64,000 nt of DNA from Phoronis australis (lineage: Eukaryota; Animalia; Phoronida), in assembly GCA_002633005.1 (NCBI GenBank), contig NMRA01000219.1:560534-624533 (forward strand), given 5' to 3'. This document shows, one piece after another, positions 48,701 through 56,231 of this stretch (position 1 is the stretch's first letter; each line of letters begins with the position of its first letter). A model generated the notes under the pieces. The model was not told where the DNA came from and made no database searches. It saw only the letters and a program-made list of their open reading frames with translations. The position numbers were made by a program, and so were the translations under genes.

Positions 48701-51479
48701 GACTAGTGCAAGTACGGTTGAAGACAACACTCAAGCTTATAAGGATTCTAACTTCCTCTAAAGTCAACTCATAATTTCAGACCTACACACATTTGGTATT
48801 GGTCAGATATTTCTTAGTGTGCCAATGGATGCAGCGTGTGTTGTTCTGAAATTGAAAGGACTTGGAAGAAGCTAGAATCGGGGGAAGACAGTGTTGTCTT
48901 CTGCTGCTCTTGTATAGTTCATGAGAAAATAATTTTGTTTTCAAAAGTATTGTGATGTGTAAAAGAAATACAGCTGATTAAAAAGGAATTGTTTTTATAA
49001 GAAACTAAATTTGTCAATGAGAACACGGTTTGTGAATAAGAAAGCCTGGATATTTTAAAATATGTGGTATTTGCCCTTTAATATTATTTTCGGTGCAGAA
49101 GTGGAAACACAATTTGACTGTGTTTACAAAAGTTGTGTACAAAATTTTGCCTGCTAATTTAACCCTGAGTGAGGTTGGTAACTGAATGATAGTTGGGGTA
49201 GTAACTGCATGAGCTGGCAGCATTTCGCTACATTGAAAGGGAAAATTGTGTTTGTGGGAAAAACCAATTTTCGGTTTAGTTACCAAAGATATTATCCCTC
49301 TTATACAGAATACCAAACTCGGTTTTGTCGTATTAACAGATACTAAAAACAACTTCCCATTCTGTTCTCTAGAACAAAATAATGCTCTCTAACCCTCAAC
49401 AAACTTCAAAAGTTTTTAGGGAAATTTGAAAACTCCTTTCAAAGTCTGCTAAATGGGCAAGCGTGACCTACGCTTCAAGCGAATTACACAGCAACTGTGG
49501 GAAAAGAACACCCATCAAGGACCATAATGTCCAATCTGCGACATAAGGAGTATCAGTTTTTAGTTCCTTTCTTTATCTTTCAAGATTGACACAGTGATGC
49601 CGTAGCAGGTGGCAGAATGAGGGTTGGTTGAAATATTAAAACAGGGTTTAGTATCCTTTTAAGAGCAATACATCTCAGTAATAGCAACTTTATTAAAACA
49701 GGGTTTAATATCCTTTTAAGAGCAATACATCTCAGTAATAGCAACTTTATTAAAACAGGGTTTAATATCCTTTTAAGAGCAATACATCTCAGTAAACAAC
49801 AACTTTTTCTCGCGAGATAAGCTTTTGTACACTATTCTGGATGAGATGTTTGTGTTAGTTTTCTGCAGTTTTATTGGTTTGTGAGTCAAGCTCGGAGATA
49901 TTGCACGCTGAAGCAAACAAACTGCAGATCGATCTACCACTAGATTTATTTGCCTGGAGTTGGGTCTACCAAACTTTACTTGAGACTCGACTCAAATTGA
50001 CCAATTGTGTGACGAGCTTCGAAAAAACTTTCTGATTTGACGCGATGTGATTGGTTAGTTTTGTTAGTGGTCTCGGTTAAAGTTTGGTGGTGATGGGCTC
50101 AGTTGCTAGGTTTTCATTAGCAAGAAAAACTTGTTAATGAATTTGTAATGGATTGCATGAAATTCCATTACAGGCGTGAATTACTAGATGAGCAGCACAG
50201 AGCAAAGTTAGATAAAAAGCATTTACGAAAAATATTACGTGAGTTTGAAGATGGATTTCAAAAGCAGCACGGCAGGTGAGTAATTTATCACAAATAAATT
50301 GTATGGCACTATTACTCGAGAAGTCTGCCCCGTGTTGTGACCAGGTACAGTGAGACCGGCTTTATGGCTTGTATACATCGGTTTCATCTGAAAGTACAAC
50401 GCAGCACTTGCGTTCATTTGCCCGTTACTGAAAATAAAATCATGGGCGTGTCTTGGGTGATTAAGTAAAATGATAAGTATGATGAAGTTATATTGCAAAA
50501 GAAATGCAAAAATGTTATGTCTACAAATTTTTGTTGAACAGATAAAATTGTGTAGAATTCATTTATTCTTCAGTACATAATTGCTCCTAAAGGTGATTCT
50601 GTGTGCCATGTTTTGTTTACAGGAAGGTACTAAAGGAGGACAGGGCTCCCATGGCAACTGAGTATGAGGACTACAAGGTGTGTTCTGGTCTTTAACTGGT
50701 TTGTGATTGCAGGTTGGGCCAGGGGTGGGGATATGTCCCTCACGGCAATTTTCTGCATTGGGCATAACCCGGGTGCCTTTTCAAAACACCCTCGAAATTG
50801 TGAAATTTGGGATTACTATGATGGCTACCAGGAGATTATGAAGTACTCCCTATAGCATAGGAAATAAAAGCTCTGCTATGAAGTAATTTACACTGAGCAG
50901 TTGCATGGGGGATAACAGATTTCTTTGTAATGTTCCACATATTTACCAATGTTTTATCTGCAGTGTAATGTAAAAACAACTACGGTATTTTCTGAAAGTT
51001 ACAAGTTATTGAGTGCTACATCTGTGGATCAAAAATGGCCAGCTTCAAAGTAAGATAAAATAAATATGAAGTGGATTATTAAGTCAAAAATAACACCATG
51101 TTCTATGAGACCCATACCAGCCACCATTTAAGAACAGACAATCAAAAGTCATAATTTGCTTGACCTCACTGTTGATGTTTTGTAAGGATTGCAGAATTAA
51201 ATCGAAAAAGATTTAACATTTGCCACTGTGTGAAACGGGATGTCCTAAGGTAATAACCATATTACCAAACCAGCGCCTTGTCTTGATTAAATACCAAAAA
51301 ATGGATGTTTCAATAAATTAAAGTAATTCTTTTGGGTGCTTGGAAAAGATGGCTAGTTCATTTTAGTTTGTTACTCTATATTCAAATTTGTCTCTTTACC
51401 TGTTTTGCAGCAAGTCAAATCTAAACTGCGTCTGCTGGAAGCACTAATATCAAAACATGATGGTACAGCGAACATGTAG
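9712..51479 (+). CDS. FAM13A: FAM13A/B-family protein (N-terminal RhoGAP domain, C-terminal FAM13 coiled-coil region); multi-exon gene span
   Basis: About 30 GT-AG exons join with consistent phase into about 1,114-1,129 codons. RhoGAP motifs: KTFGVPLE, EGIFRISGS, LLKQFLREMP, NKMTPVAIGIVFGPNLFR. FAM13 motifs: LVEKTISEAVSEHLF, KKIKQFEDHFEEEKGYKPSQSDK, EKLAVQKALLHFESIHGRP, MRPLYDRYRNVK, KSKLRLLEALISK. Probably co-orthologous to vertebrate FAM13A/B/C. Confidence 0.95.
9736..9749. promoter_or_regulatory. RFX X-box
   Basis: GTTGCCATGGTAAC matches the palindromic RFX consensus GTTNCCATGGNAAC. Confidence 0.6.
10493..10636. mobile_element. Short hAT-like MITE
   Basis: TIRs CAGGCACGAGTCCAG / CTGGATTCGCACCTG. 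Confidence 0.55.
11048..11157. mobile_element. MITE family A copy (Merlin-like), best preserved
   Basis: Long TIR GGTAATAGTCGGATATAATGTGCCC / GGGCACATTATATCTGACCATTACC; exact 8-bp TSD TAAAATGT. Confidence 0.85.
13451..13557. mobile_element. MITE related to family A (same core, different outer arms)
   Basis: TTTTGAGAACCAG...CTGGTTCTCAAAA core with TCATTTACAC/GTGTAAATGA arms. Confidence 0.65.
13587..13925. mobile_element. MITE with 21-bp TIRs (TA-flanked, Tc1/mariner-like)
   Basis: TATTTAGGTTCATGCGCCTAT / ATAGGCGCATGGACCTAAATA, 20 of 21 positions matching. Confidence 0.75.
14623..14809 (+). CDS. FAM13A: FAM13 exon, start of RhoGAP (SPPTESAMDILKK...KTFGVPLE...FIQNH)
   Basis: TTTACAG acceptor, G|GTAGAC donor, phase 0 to 1. 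Confidence 0.9.
15410..15619 (+). CDS. FAM13A: FAM13 RhoGAP exon with the arginine finger (GIGHEGIFRISGS...LLKQFLREMPDS)
   Basis: AAAG acceptor, A|GTAAGT donor, phase 1 to 1. Confidence 0.95.
16196..16379 (+). CDS. FAM13A: FAM13 RhoGAP exon (LPADNVQLLKYL...NKMTPVAIGIVFGPNLFR)
   Basis: TTTTCAG acceptor, AG|GTATGG donor, phase 1 to 2. Confidence 0.95.
16797..17048. mobile_element. Foldback (hairpin) MITE
   Basis: About 110-bp imperfect inverted arms: TAATTCACTTAC...GGACATTTCGAACTGC... versus ...GCAGTTCGAAATGTCC...GTAAGTGAATTA. Confidence 0.8.
17110..17242 (+). CDS. FAM13A: FAM13 exon, end of RhoGAP (CKEGLEGLKQQ...FIQHYDELF)
   Basis: ACACAG acceptor, CAG|GTGAGT donor, phase 2 to 0. Confidence 0.93.
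18337..18399. repeat. 15-bp tandem repeat (AAGTGACTTCACACT) x4, inside a truncated copy of the 36418-36982 element
   Basis: Read directly; flanking GGGGTCTGTTTCGT and AAGGTTTAGCCAAGTAA are shared with the element at 36418. Confidence 0.9.
19850..19885 (+). CDS. FAM13A: FAM13 36-nt exon, probably a cassette (SAKPRKPPNSFV)
   Basis: CTTCTATCAG acceptor, GTG|GTAAGA donor, symmetric phase 0, open frame. Confidence 0.65.
21288..21431. mobile_element. Palindromic MITE
   Basis: Arms AATGGCTGTACTTGATTCACTC / GAGTGAATCCAGTGCAGCCATT, with internal symmetry. Confidence 0.7.
22417..22524 (+). CDS. FAM13A: FAM13 Pro-rich exon (VQEAKSPRTPPARPPPPKF...)
   Basis: TTTCAG acceptor, CTG|GTGAGA donor, phase 0 to 0. 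Confidence 0.88.
22797..22945 (+). CDS. FAM13A: FAM13 exon (SKIKYEAGLY...RASPFMLD)
   Basis: TTTCAG acceptor, AG|GTGGGT donor, phase 0 to 2. Confidence 0.88.
23438..23497 (+). CDS. FAM13A: FAM13 exon (ECGSSYVQSPSPILSLVAS)
   Basis: ACACAG acceptor, GA|GTAAGT donor, phase 2 to 2. Confidence 0.85.
24033..24148 (+). CDS. FAM13A: FAM13 exon with the conserved LVEKTISEAVSEHLF motif
   Basis: TTTAG acceptor, T|GTAAGC donor, phase 2 to 1. Confidence 0.92.
24301..24460. repeat. About 29-bp minisatellite, about 5.5 copies
   Basis: GGTTGTGTCATGTAGCTGATCGTCTGCTC units. Confidence 0.9.
26032..26113 (+). CDS. FAM13A: FAM13 exon (PVPAPRRKRRKNKLES...), basic NLS-like cluster
   Basis: CTTCAG acceptor, AC|GTATGT donor, phase 1 to 2. 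Confidence 0.88.
27691..27862 (+). CDS. FAM13A: FAM13 exon (SYDDDRPRSVKERV...AAISS)
   Basis: TTTTTCCAG acceptor, TCG|GTATGT donor, phase 2 to 0. Confidence 0.87.
28380..28597. mobile_element. MITE family C copy (TA-flanked)
   Basis: TACGGTGTAATCTCACCAATT / AATTGGTGACGTTTTACCGTA; similar termini at 39940-40171. Confidence 0.65.
29016..29222 (+). CDS. FAM13A: FAM13 exon (AVESDPNH...ISTPLHV)
   Basis: CCTAAG acceptor, GTG|GTAAGC donor, phase 0 to 0. Confidence 0.87.
31076..31081 (+). CDS. FAM13A: Candidate 6-nt microexon (AAG CAA, KQ)
   Basis: Long T-rich tract, then TTTCAG|AAGCAA|GTAAGT; phase 0 to 0, matching both flanking exons. Confidence 0.5.
31410..31515 (+). CDS. FAM13A: FAM13 exon (YKRAKGPKNRSPPSRAKLK...)
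   Basis: TTTTTTCAG acceptor, G|GTAAGA donor, phase 0 to 1. Confidence 0.88.
31720..31996. mobile_element. MITE family B copy
   Basis: AGGCCAAA...TTTGGCCT termini; internal AAGGTTTGAAATGCC shared with 41539-41827. Confidence 0.6.
32020..32214 (+). CDS. FAM13A: FAM13 exon (...KKPFIPPLDLTTLHEHGDGN)
   Basis: GTTCAG acceptor, G|GTATGC donor, phase 1 to 1; FAM13-like IPxLDL motif. Confidence 0.9.
32332..32541. mobile_element. MITE with TGGTCTCAA termini
   Basis: TGGTCTCAACTTGTACCT / AGGTACAATTTGAGACCA; similar termini near 10817-10971. Confidence 0.55.
33636..33744 (+). CDS. FAM13A: FAM13 exon (DPILAEQ...EEPVLSPRSHKLRKKS)
   Basis: TTACAG acceptor, GG|GTAGGT donor, phase 1 to 2. Confidence 0.88.
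34497..34556 (+). CDS. FAM13A: FAM13 exon (SDNSGSQSPSVFKFTGPQF)
   Basis: CTGTCAG acceptor, weak donor AG|GTTCGG, symmetric phase 2. Confidence 0.7.
35194..36150 (+). mobile_element. Non-autonomous Kolobok-like DNA transposon carrying a decayed THAP domain
   Basis: TTAA on both sides (35190-35193 and 36151-36154); TIRs AGTGTACACAACATG / CATGGTGTGTACTGT; internal THAP remnant. Confidence 0.75.
35432..35800 (+). pseudogene. Frameshifted THAP zinc-finger remnant
   Basis: KRCVSGGCSNS in one frame, then DTKVGQKWHRFVRRTRVW...ATLCSAAHFEDSRF in another, with an in-frame TAA near 35671. This reconstructs the C2CH THAP pattern. Confidence 0.75.
36418..36982. mobile_element. Non-autonomous Harbinger-like element
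   Basis: GGGGTCTGTTTC / GAAACAGACCC termini; a truncated copy starts near 18320. Confidence 0.6.
37016..37237. repeat. 76-bp tandem repeat x3
   Basis: Units start at 37016, 37092 and 37168 (GTCTACGTTTGTTTGCCTACACCAAGCC...). Confidence 0.92.
38705..39300. mobile_element. Non-autonomous Kolobok-like element
   Basis: TTAA|AGGAGAAAACC ... GGTTTTCCCCT|TTAT. Confidence 0.55.
39729..39791 (+). CDS. FAM13A: FAM13 exon (AHPDTDVAPSPPGGQQSYSA)
   Basis: TTCTAG acceptor, AG|GTGAGT donor, phase 2 to 2; FAM13-like PPSPP motif. Confidence 0.87.
39940..40171. mobile_element. MITE family C copy
   Basis: GGTAAAATTTCAC... / ...AATTGGTGAGATTTTACCGTA. Confidence 0.6.
40311..40791. mobile_element. Non-autonomous hAT element
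   Basis: TIRs CAGGCCTTTATCCAG / CTGCATAAAGGCCTG; 8-bp TSD GCGGGAGG/GCTGGAGG; subterminal GGGCGTCC/GGGTGTCC repeats. Confidence 0.8.
41539..41827. mobile_element. MITE family B copy
   Basis: AGGCCAA...TTGGCCT termini; internal homology to 31720-31996. Confidence 0.6.
41896..41957 (+). CDS. FAM13A: FAM13 exon (SVQGEEDQAVALKNLTKKIQ)
   Basis: TAGTAG tandem acceptor (start 41896 or 41899), A|GTAAGT donor, phase 2 to 1. Confidence 0.9.
42622..42680 (+). CDS. FAM13A: FAM13 exon (LKKKIKQFEDHFEEEKGYK)
   Basis: TTTTCAG acceptor, AAG|GTTGGT donor, phase 1 to 0. Confidence 0.93.
43324..43405 (+). CDS. FAM13A: FAM13 exon (PSQSDKNAKPDVKRYITELNKARKDLK)
   Basis: TTTTCCAG acceptor, C|GTGAGA donor, phase 0 to 1. 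Confidence 0.93.
43675..43800 (+). CDS. FAM13A: FAM13 exon (LKEKQQ...RPSSNTRPESA...RPTTAKII)
   Basis: TTTTACAG acceptor, G|GTATGT donor, phase 1 to 1. Confidence 0.9.
44151..44323 (+). CDS. FAM13A: FAM13 exon (RPTSGKDRPTSGR...LLKRLMDKRMEGGRPADLN)
   Basis: TTCAAG acceptor, AAT|GTAAGT donor, phase 1 to 0. Confidence 0.92.
45050..45133 (+). CDS. FAM13A: FAM13 exon (SMSRDQVQEEKLAVQKALLHFESIHGRP)
   Basis: TTTCCAG acceptor, CCG|GTAGGG donor; hallmark FAM13 motif. Confidence 0.95.
45701..45787 (+). CDS. FAM13A: FAM13 exon (TTKQDKELMRPLYDRYRNVKKLL)
   Basis: TTTTGCAG acceptor, TCA|GTAAGT donor; hallmark FAM13 motif. Confidence 0.95.
46557..46595 (+). CDS. FAM13A: FAM13 candidate 39-nt cassette exon (VVKASSSTSESTQ)
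   Basis: AACCAG acceptor, CAG|GTGATG donor, symmetric phase 0, open frame. Confidence 0.5.
47294..47362 (+). CDS. FAM13A: FAM13 exon (PKDKVDLEPVPENHSMNFTQKEK)
   Basis: CTCTTCAG acceptor, AAG|GTAAGA donor, phase 0 to 0. Confidence 0.9.
48190..48374 (+). CDS. FAM13A: FAM13 exon (PSAEELGTTDF...HSHLHALS)
   Basis: TTCCAG acceptor, GT|GTGAGT donor, phase 0 to 2. Confidence 0.9.
49634..49805. repeat. 57-bp tandem repeat x3
   Basis: Units start at 49634, 49691 and 49748. Confidence 0.92.
50174..50275 (+). CDS. FAM13A: FAM13 exon (RELLDEQ...KKHLRKILREFEDGFQKQHG)
   Basis: TTACAG acceptor, AG|GTGAGT donor, phase 2 to 2. Confidence 0.94.
50623..50677 (+). CDS. FAM13A: FAM13 exon (KVLKEDRAPMATEYEDYK)
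   Basis: TTTACAG acceptor, AAG|GTGTGT donor, phase 2 to 0. Confidence 0.94.
51411..51479 (+). CDS. FAM13A: FAM13 terminal coding exon (QVKSKLRLLEALISKHDGTANM*)
   Basis: TTTTGCAG acceptor, TAG at 51477-51479; matches the FAM13 C-terminus. Confidence 0.95.
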   Translation, partial: QVKSKLRLLEALISKHDGTANM

Positions 51480-52973
51480 AACTGCTGATGGATGGATTTA
51501 TTATTTGGTGGATGAAGCTTTAATAGGTTGAGATAGAAACAGTTCTGCGTAAAGCTACGCATACCGGTCTTTTGACTGAAAAGATCGTCTTCATAAAAAC
51601 AGTGTGGAATCACCAAGATTGATTTCGGAATGGGAGGCTTTAACTGACCAAAGATGTATGAGGAATGATGTTGCCAAGGTTTATTTGTCAATAAGTTGTG
51701 ACTGTGTGCTGGAATTTGTCTTGCCAAAAACATTCAGATGAAATCTTATTTTCATATCGATCTCGACATTATTATTATTACAGTTAAATGCATTGCGTTT
51801 GTTACACTGCAAAGTAAATCTTATTTGAAGGTCAGAAAAAGCTTAAGGTAAAAATTTTTATAAAAAATTTGATCACATAAATGCGATCCTGGCTTTGACC
51901 CGGTTTATGTGAATTATGATCTCAAATACACGTGTGGCAGTGTAATAGTTTCTTTTCTTGGGTAGTGGTTAAGGCTATGTAATAAAAACAAATGTAGAAT
52001 TATGTGTAAGAGAAATCTGTGATAGCGCACGTTAGCGGATGTTCGGATAACAGCGGGTTGGACTGGTTATTCAGTTGTTGTGTACAGAGATTGGTTTTAT
52101 TTTCAAAATGCCTAAGTCCGTCTGTGAGCGTGCATAGAATCAGATACTAGTTTTGAATTTGAAATCTCATTGTTGACAATTCTCATTGATGGTGTTTTAG
52201 TGATTTTGGTGAAGTGCCGCTGCATTTCGTACCCAGTAGAGTGTATTTTAGAATAAGACTTTTAAGGTTATCTTTTAGGCACTGCGAGAAGTTGATGTTG
52301 AGGGATTTAATAAGTCCTACAATATTTAGAAATTACTGTGGGATTAGCCATGCTGAAACGCTTAAGAATTTGTTTTGTTTTGTTATAGATCTCATAGTTT
52401 TTCTTTAATTAGTACAGTGATGACAGTGAGTACTTTGAGATTTAAGACATTGCCACATTCATATGATCTAATGAGCCTTTAACTCAGCAATGGTACATGC
52501 ACAATCTCAAATTCACAAATTTTACGAGGTTGACCCTCCTCAATGAGCGCAGAAGCATTTTCTTGGGATGCTGATTGGATGATTTCATGAAATTACTTCG
52601 CGTTTCCTGAAAATTTAGTTGGCGCTGCATTAATGCTCTTAAAAGTTGATAATGATAGTGTTAATTTGTGAAACGAATTACTTCATCTTAGTTTTGTTTC
52701 ATGACAAAGCGGTGTTTACAAAGAATGATGGATAATTTATGAATATGAGTGTTCGTTCTTTTGGAGTAGTTCTTTTGAAGAATCGTTGATCGATCAATAT
52801 TTATGTTTTCTATGAGTTAACCAAGGGGTATTTTTTAGCTTTTTAACCTGTTATCATTGAGAAGAACAAGTAATTACAAAGTTGCCACATCAAATATTCT
52901 GTGTCAAAGTAAGAGTTTTTGGAATGACTGACTATTTTGTAATCCAAACCAATCGTTTATTTTAAGTCTTGGC

Positions 52974-52979
52974 AATAAA
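52974..52979 (+). terminator. Probable FAM13 polyadenylation signal (a proximal AATAAA also lies at 51981)
   Basis: AATAAA followed by a T-rich downstream tract. Confidence 0.5.
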
Positions 52980-53274
52980 GTCCTTTCTGCCATTTGTGAT
53001 ATAAATTTCTTTTCTTTGCCCACTGCTTCTGGTGGGCTTATGGATGGAGGGTGTTGTCTCTGGTTCATTTTTAATAAGAAATTTATTCAATGTCAGATAA
53101 CAGCTACATTATATAGGGTCATAAATTTTGGGCCTTCGAAAACTTACAATGACGGAGGAGTGACTTGACAGTCGTAACGACAATAAGAGGTGAAAAAGTT
53201 GAGGGGTATCTCAAAAATTGTGGTTACTGCTGGACAGCTCAAAGGGTCCTAGACCCTTTAACTTTAGGGGCCCA

Positions 53275-53660
53275 GTGGCTGGTTGCACGAAACGGTCCCA
53301 AATAGCGACTCGACTGAGTCTCCTAAATCTTTTGCGTATTTGTGCCGTTCTTTACTCACAGGTATAATATTTTTTCTCCTCTTTTGACTAATGACATTTT
53401 CTAATAATAAAACTAAACCCCTAAACCCTTAATTCAATCAAAATAATTAGGGAGGCAGTCCTTAAATTAGTGGCATTGCACGAAAAGTATTTTTGATAAA
53501 ATTGATAATTCACTCTCTATTTGCATCAAAGCCACAAATTAGCATAAGCAATGATACTCAAACAGTACAAGAAAGAACAATCATTGTTTTCACAAGCCCA
53601 CAAATACGTAGTAGATTTATGGAACGTAGTTGAGTCCCTTCTTTTGATGCAACCTGGCAC
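53275..53660. mobile_element. Non-autonomous Harbinger-like element
   Basis: Imperfect TIRs GGCTGGTTGCACGAAA / TTTGATGCAACCTGGC. Confidence 0.5.
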
Positions 53661-54446
53661 AGAAACCTTATTTGTTCAAATTGTGTGCCCTGGTGATCGA
53701 AGAGGTCGCGGTCAGTGAACGGGGTTTTCTATTGCGAATAGAAGTTCTGGGTATTCTCGGTAATTTCTTCCTGTACTGTGTTAAACTTATTTTTCTTCAA
53801 TAAAACTTCCGGTCTAGTAGATTTTTAACGCAATATACACGAGGAGGTTTTTTTCTGAAAAAGAATGTGGTAGAGAGAAATTTTGATGAAAAAGGAAAGC
53901 TCCAGATATGGTAGATTTTTTTACTTCGAAGAACCATTGCAATGTTATAAATGTCTTGCAGGTGATTGGGTCACGTATCCCTGCCCCAGAAATAACAATT
54001 ATTGTAAGTTGGGTCAAGCCTACGCGAGCGTGGTATGTAATCGATGCACTAAACCTGCGCGTACTAAACCAGCCTCCCGTTCAGTAACGCTAGGACCTCG
54101 CTACTAAAAAAGCGAGACTTCGCGAAATTAAGTGAGATATTGCTTTGTATTTTAAATGAGAACACGACGTGATTTCGGTTAGATTTTTGGTAGGTCCTAG
54201 CGTGCTTTCCGTATAATCACGAAAACCTCGCGAAAATACAAGACTTCGCGAGATATTACTGTGTAGGCCCCCCTATTAGTATCACAAACGATGCATGTAA
54301 TACTTTCTTCGCGAAGTTCTTGCATCTATTGAACTCAATCGTGTTCTCTACTTATAGACTTCTGGCCTTTTCACTCTTTCTAAATGACTCTCGCTGTTTC
54401 AGTGCGTTATATAGGGGACATTGCGTAGGACAAAGTCGGTGACCTG

Positions 54447-54694
54447 GGGCCCGTTCCAACAAAACTGGCTTAGCTAAGACAAATCTTAAATTTTAGTAAA
54501 TTTTAAAATAAAAGTTAAATTTGTCTCGAAACCAATTCAACTGAGAGAGATATCTTAGGTTTGACTTAAGTGTTTGACATAAATTTTGTCTTAATTTTGA
54601 CTAGCTTACCGAAAGTGGAAGTAAGTTTGGAAGTTAAGACAAGTCTCAATCTTAAGTCAAAAATGAACTTAAGTCAGTTTCTTGGAACAGGCCC
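54447..54694. mobile_element. Non-autonomous Harbinger-like MITE
   Basis: TIRs GGGCCCGTTCCAACAAAACTGGCTTA / TAAGTCAGTTTCTTGGAACAGGCCC, with internal CTTAAG repeats. Confidence 0.7.
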
Positions 54695-56218
54695 TTTATC
54701 TCCCTTTTGAGAACGTCATTTGGTTCCTGAGGCTCTGACTCTGGCGTCACTGATCATGTAAGGCCAATAACTGAGAGCGGGGTCTGTGTAGTAGGTGCCG
54801 GAGACCGGCGTGTTTGTCTCATGGGCATAAATACGTGAAATCCAGTAAAAAAAAGTTACTTAAGCGTGCAGTCAACAGGTTGTCAGCTAAGAAAAAAGCG
54901 TTTTTTTTTGCCTTTTTAAACTTGGGCATATAGTTGTGCCATGATATCCTCTTCTCTGAATTCCTGATTTTCGCCCATCTCACTTTTGACGGCTGTTAAC
55001 CCTTGACTTGTAAGCGCTTGCTTTGAAATTTAAAATAGTTTTCCCTTTCTTATAGGAATTTCTATACGAATTCCTATAGGAAATCTTATCCTATAGGAAT
55101 CCTATAGGATCCTATTGAATATTTTCGTATGGGATTGCACTAGAGAGCTATAAAGTTGCTTTGTGCCCTGTACTAGTAGAAATACTAAAAACTCCCTTTG
55201 ATTTTTGGTACATTTTATGTTTTAGACTGAGCACCAAAGTTTTTGAAATGTTTGGGCACTCTAATTTGTAAGTCCTGAATTAATGTTCAGGAGTTTCATT
55301 GATATTTTCAGTGAGTTTGAAATACTGTATTTGTAAGATGCAGAGTTCATTACGCCCTTTAAATTTCAGCCACTATGCAACGAACACCAAACCCGGCCGC
55401 CACATGCCATGTCCGTTCGATCCCCAGTCCACGTCAAAAATACACTGTACCCGGTGATCAAACTCCATTCACCATCCCATTGCCAGTTGATTGGACTGGT
55501 CCCGCGCGCAACCGGTTGTTTCAGTGAGAGTCGCGGCAACCGTTGGGGAGTTTCCAAAATTGAAATACATAACGACGCTCCCTTTCCGTAGTTGGGCGGC
55601 GTCGAAAATTTCTGGATTGGTCGGCGCACTTTCAGTGCAGGATACTTTTTACTACATTGAAAAAAAAATTTAAAAAAATAAAATGGGCGCGCAGTGCTCA
55701 ACACTGAGCGCCTTAGCAACTTAACTTTCCAGGCCGGTCGGCCTCTACCTTGTCTCCCTGCACTGAATGAACTGATTTTAGTCCGGCGTCTCACGTTTTT
55801 CCAGACCGAACAAATACTATACTATTCGTAGAACAATATTACTGGTAATAATTTTTTATTGGCAAAGAAGCGTAGTGGCAGCAAAATAGTTAGCGCTGCC
55901 AAAGAGCTTCAAGATATACATCGAGCGCCTACTGCGTAGCACCTACGACTACCGTAGCCGCTCCGGCGCTGGTCTACGCCAAGCGCGGTACCGGACGGCT
56001 GATCGAGCTACACCTCCCCCCCTCTTTCCGACTACAACGCAGATGAGAGAAACCCCGAACACCATTTTCTCGTTCCCGCTTTGTTGCGATTATTAGTTCA
56101 CTACGCCACTCGATCTTTGACTGCTCACGGTATCGACCAGTCTGTTGCCCATTCATCGCGTTCATAGTAACCCCCTTGACAACGACCTGCTGGGCCTTTT
56201 GTATACATTCGGTTCATC

Positions 56219-56231
56219 ATGGCGGTACAAG
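56219..56231 (+). CDS. THEG: THEG-like exon 1 coding part (MAVQ)
   Basis: atcATGG Kozak context, G|GTAAGT donor, phase 1. Confidence 0.8.

Noticed and set aside
55366-55794. 142-aa minus-strand ORF
   Set aside because: No domain signature; the high local GC content explains the open frame.
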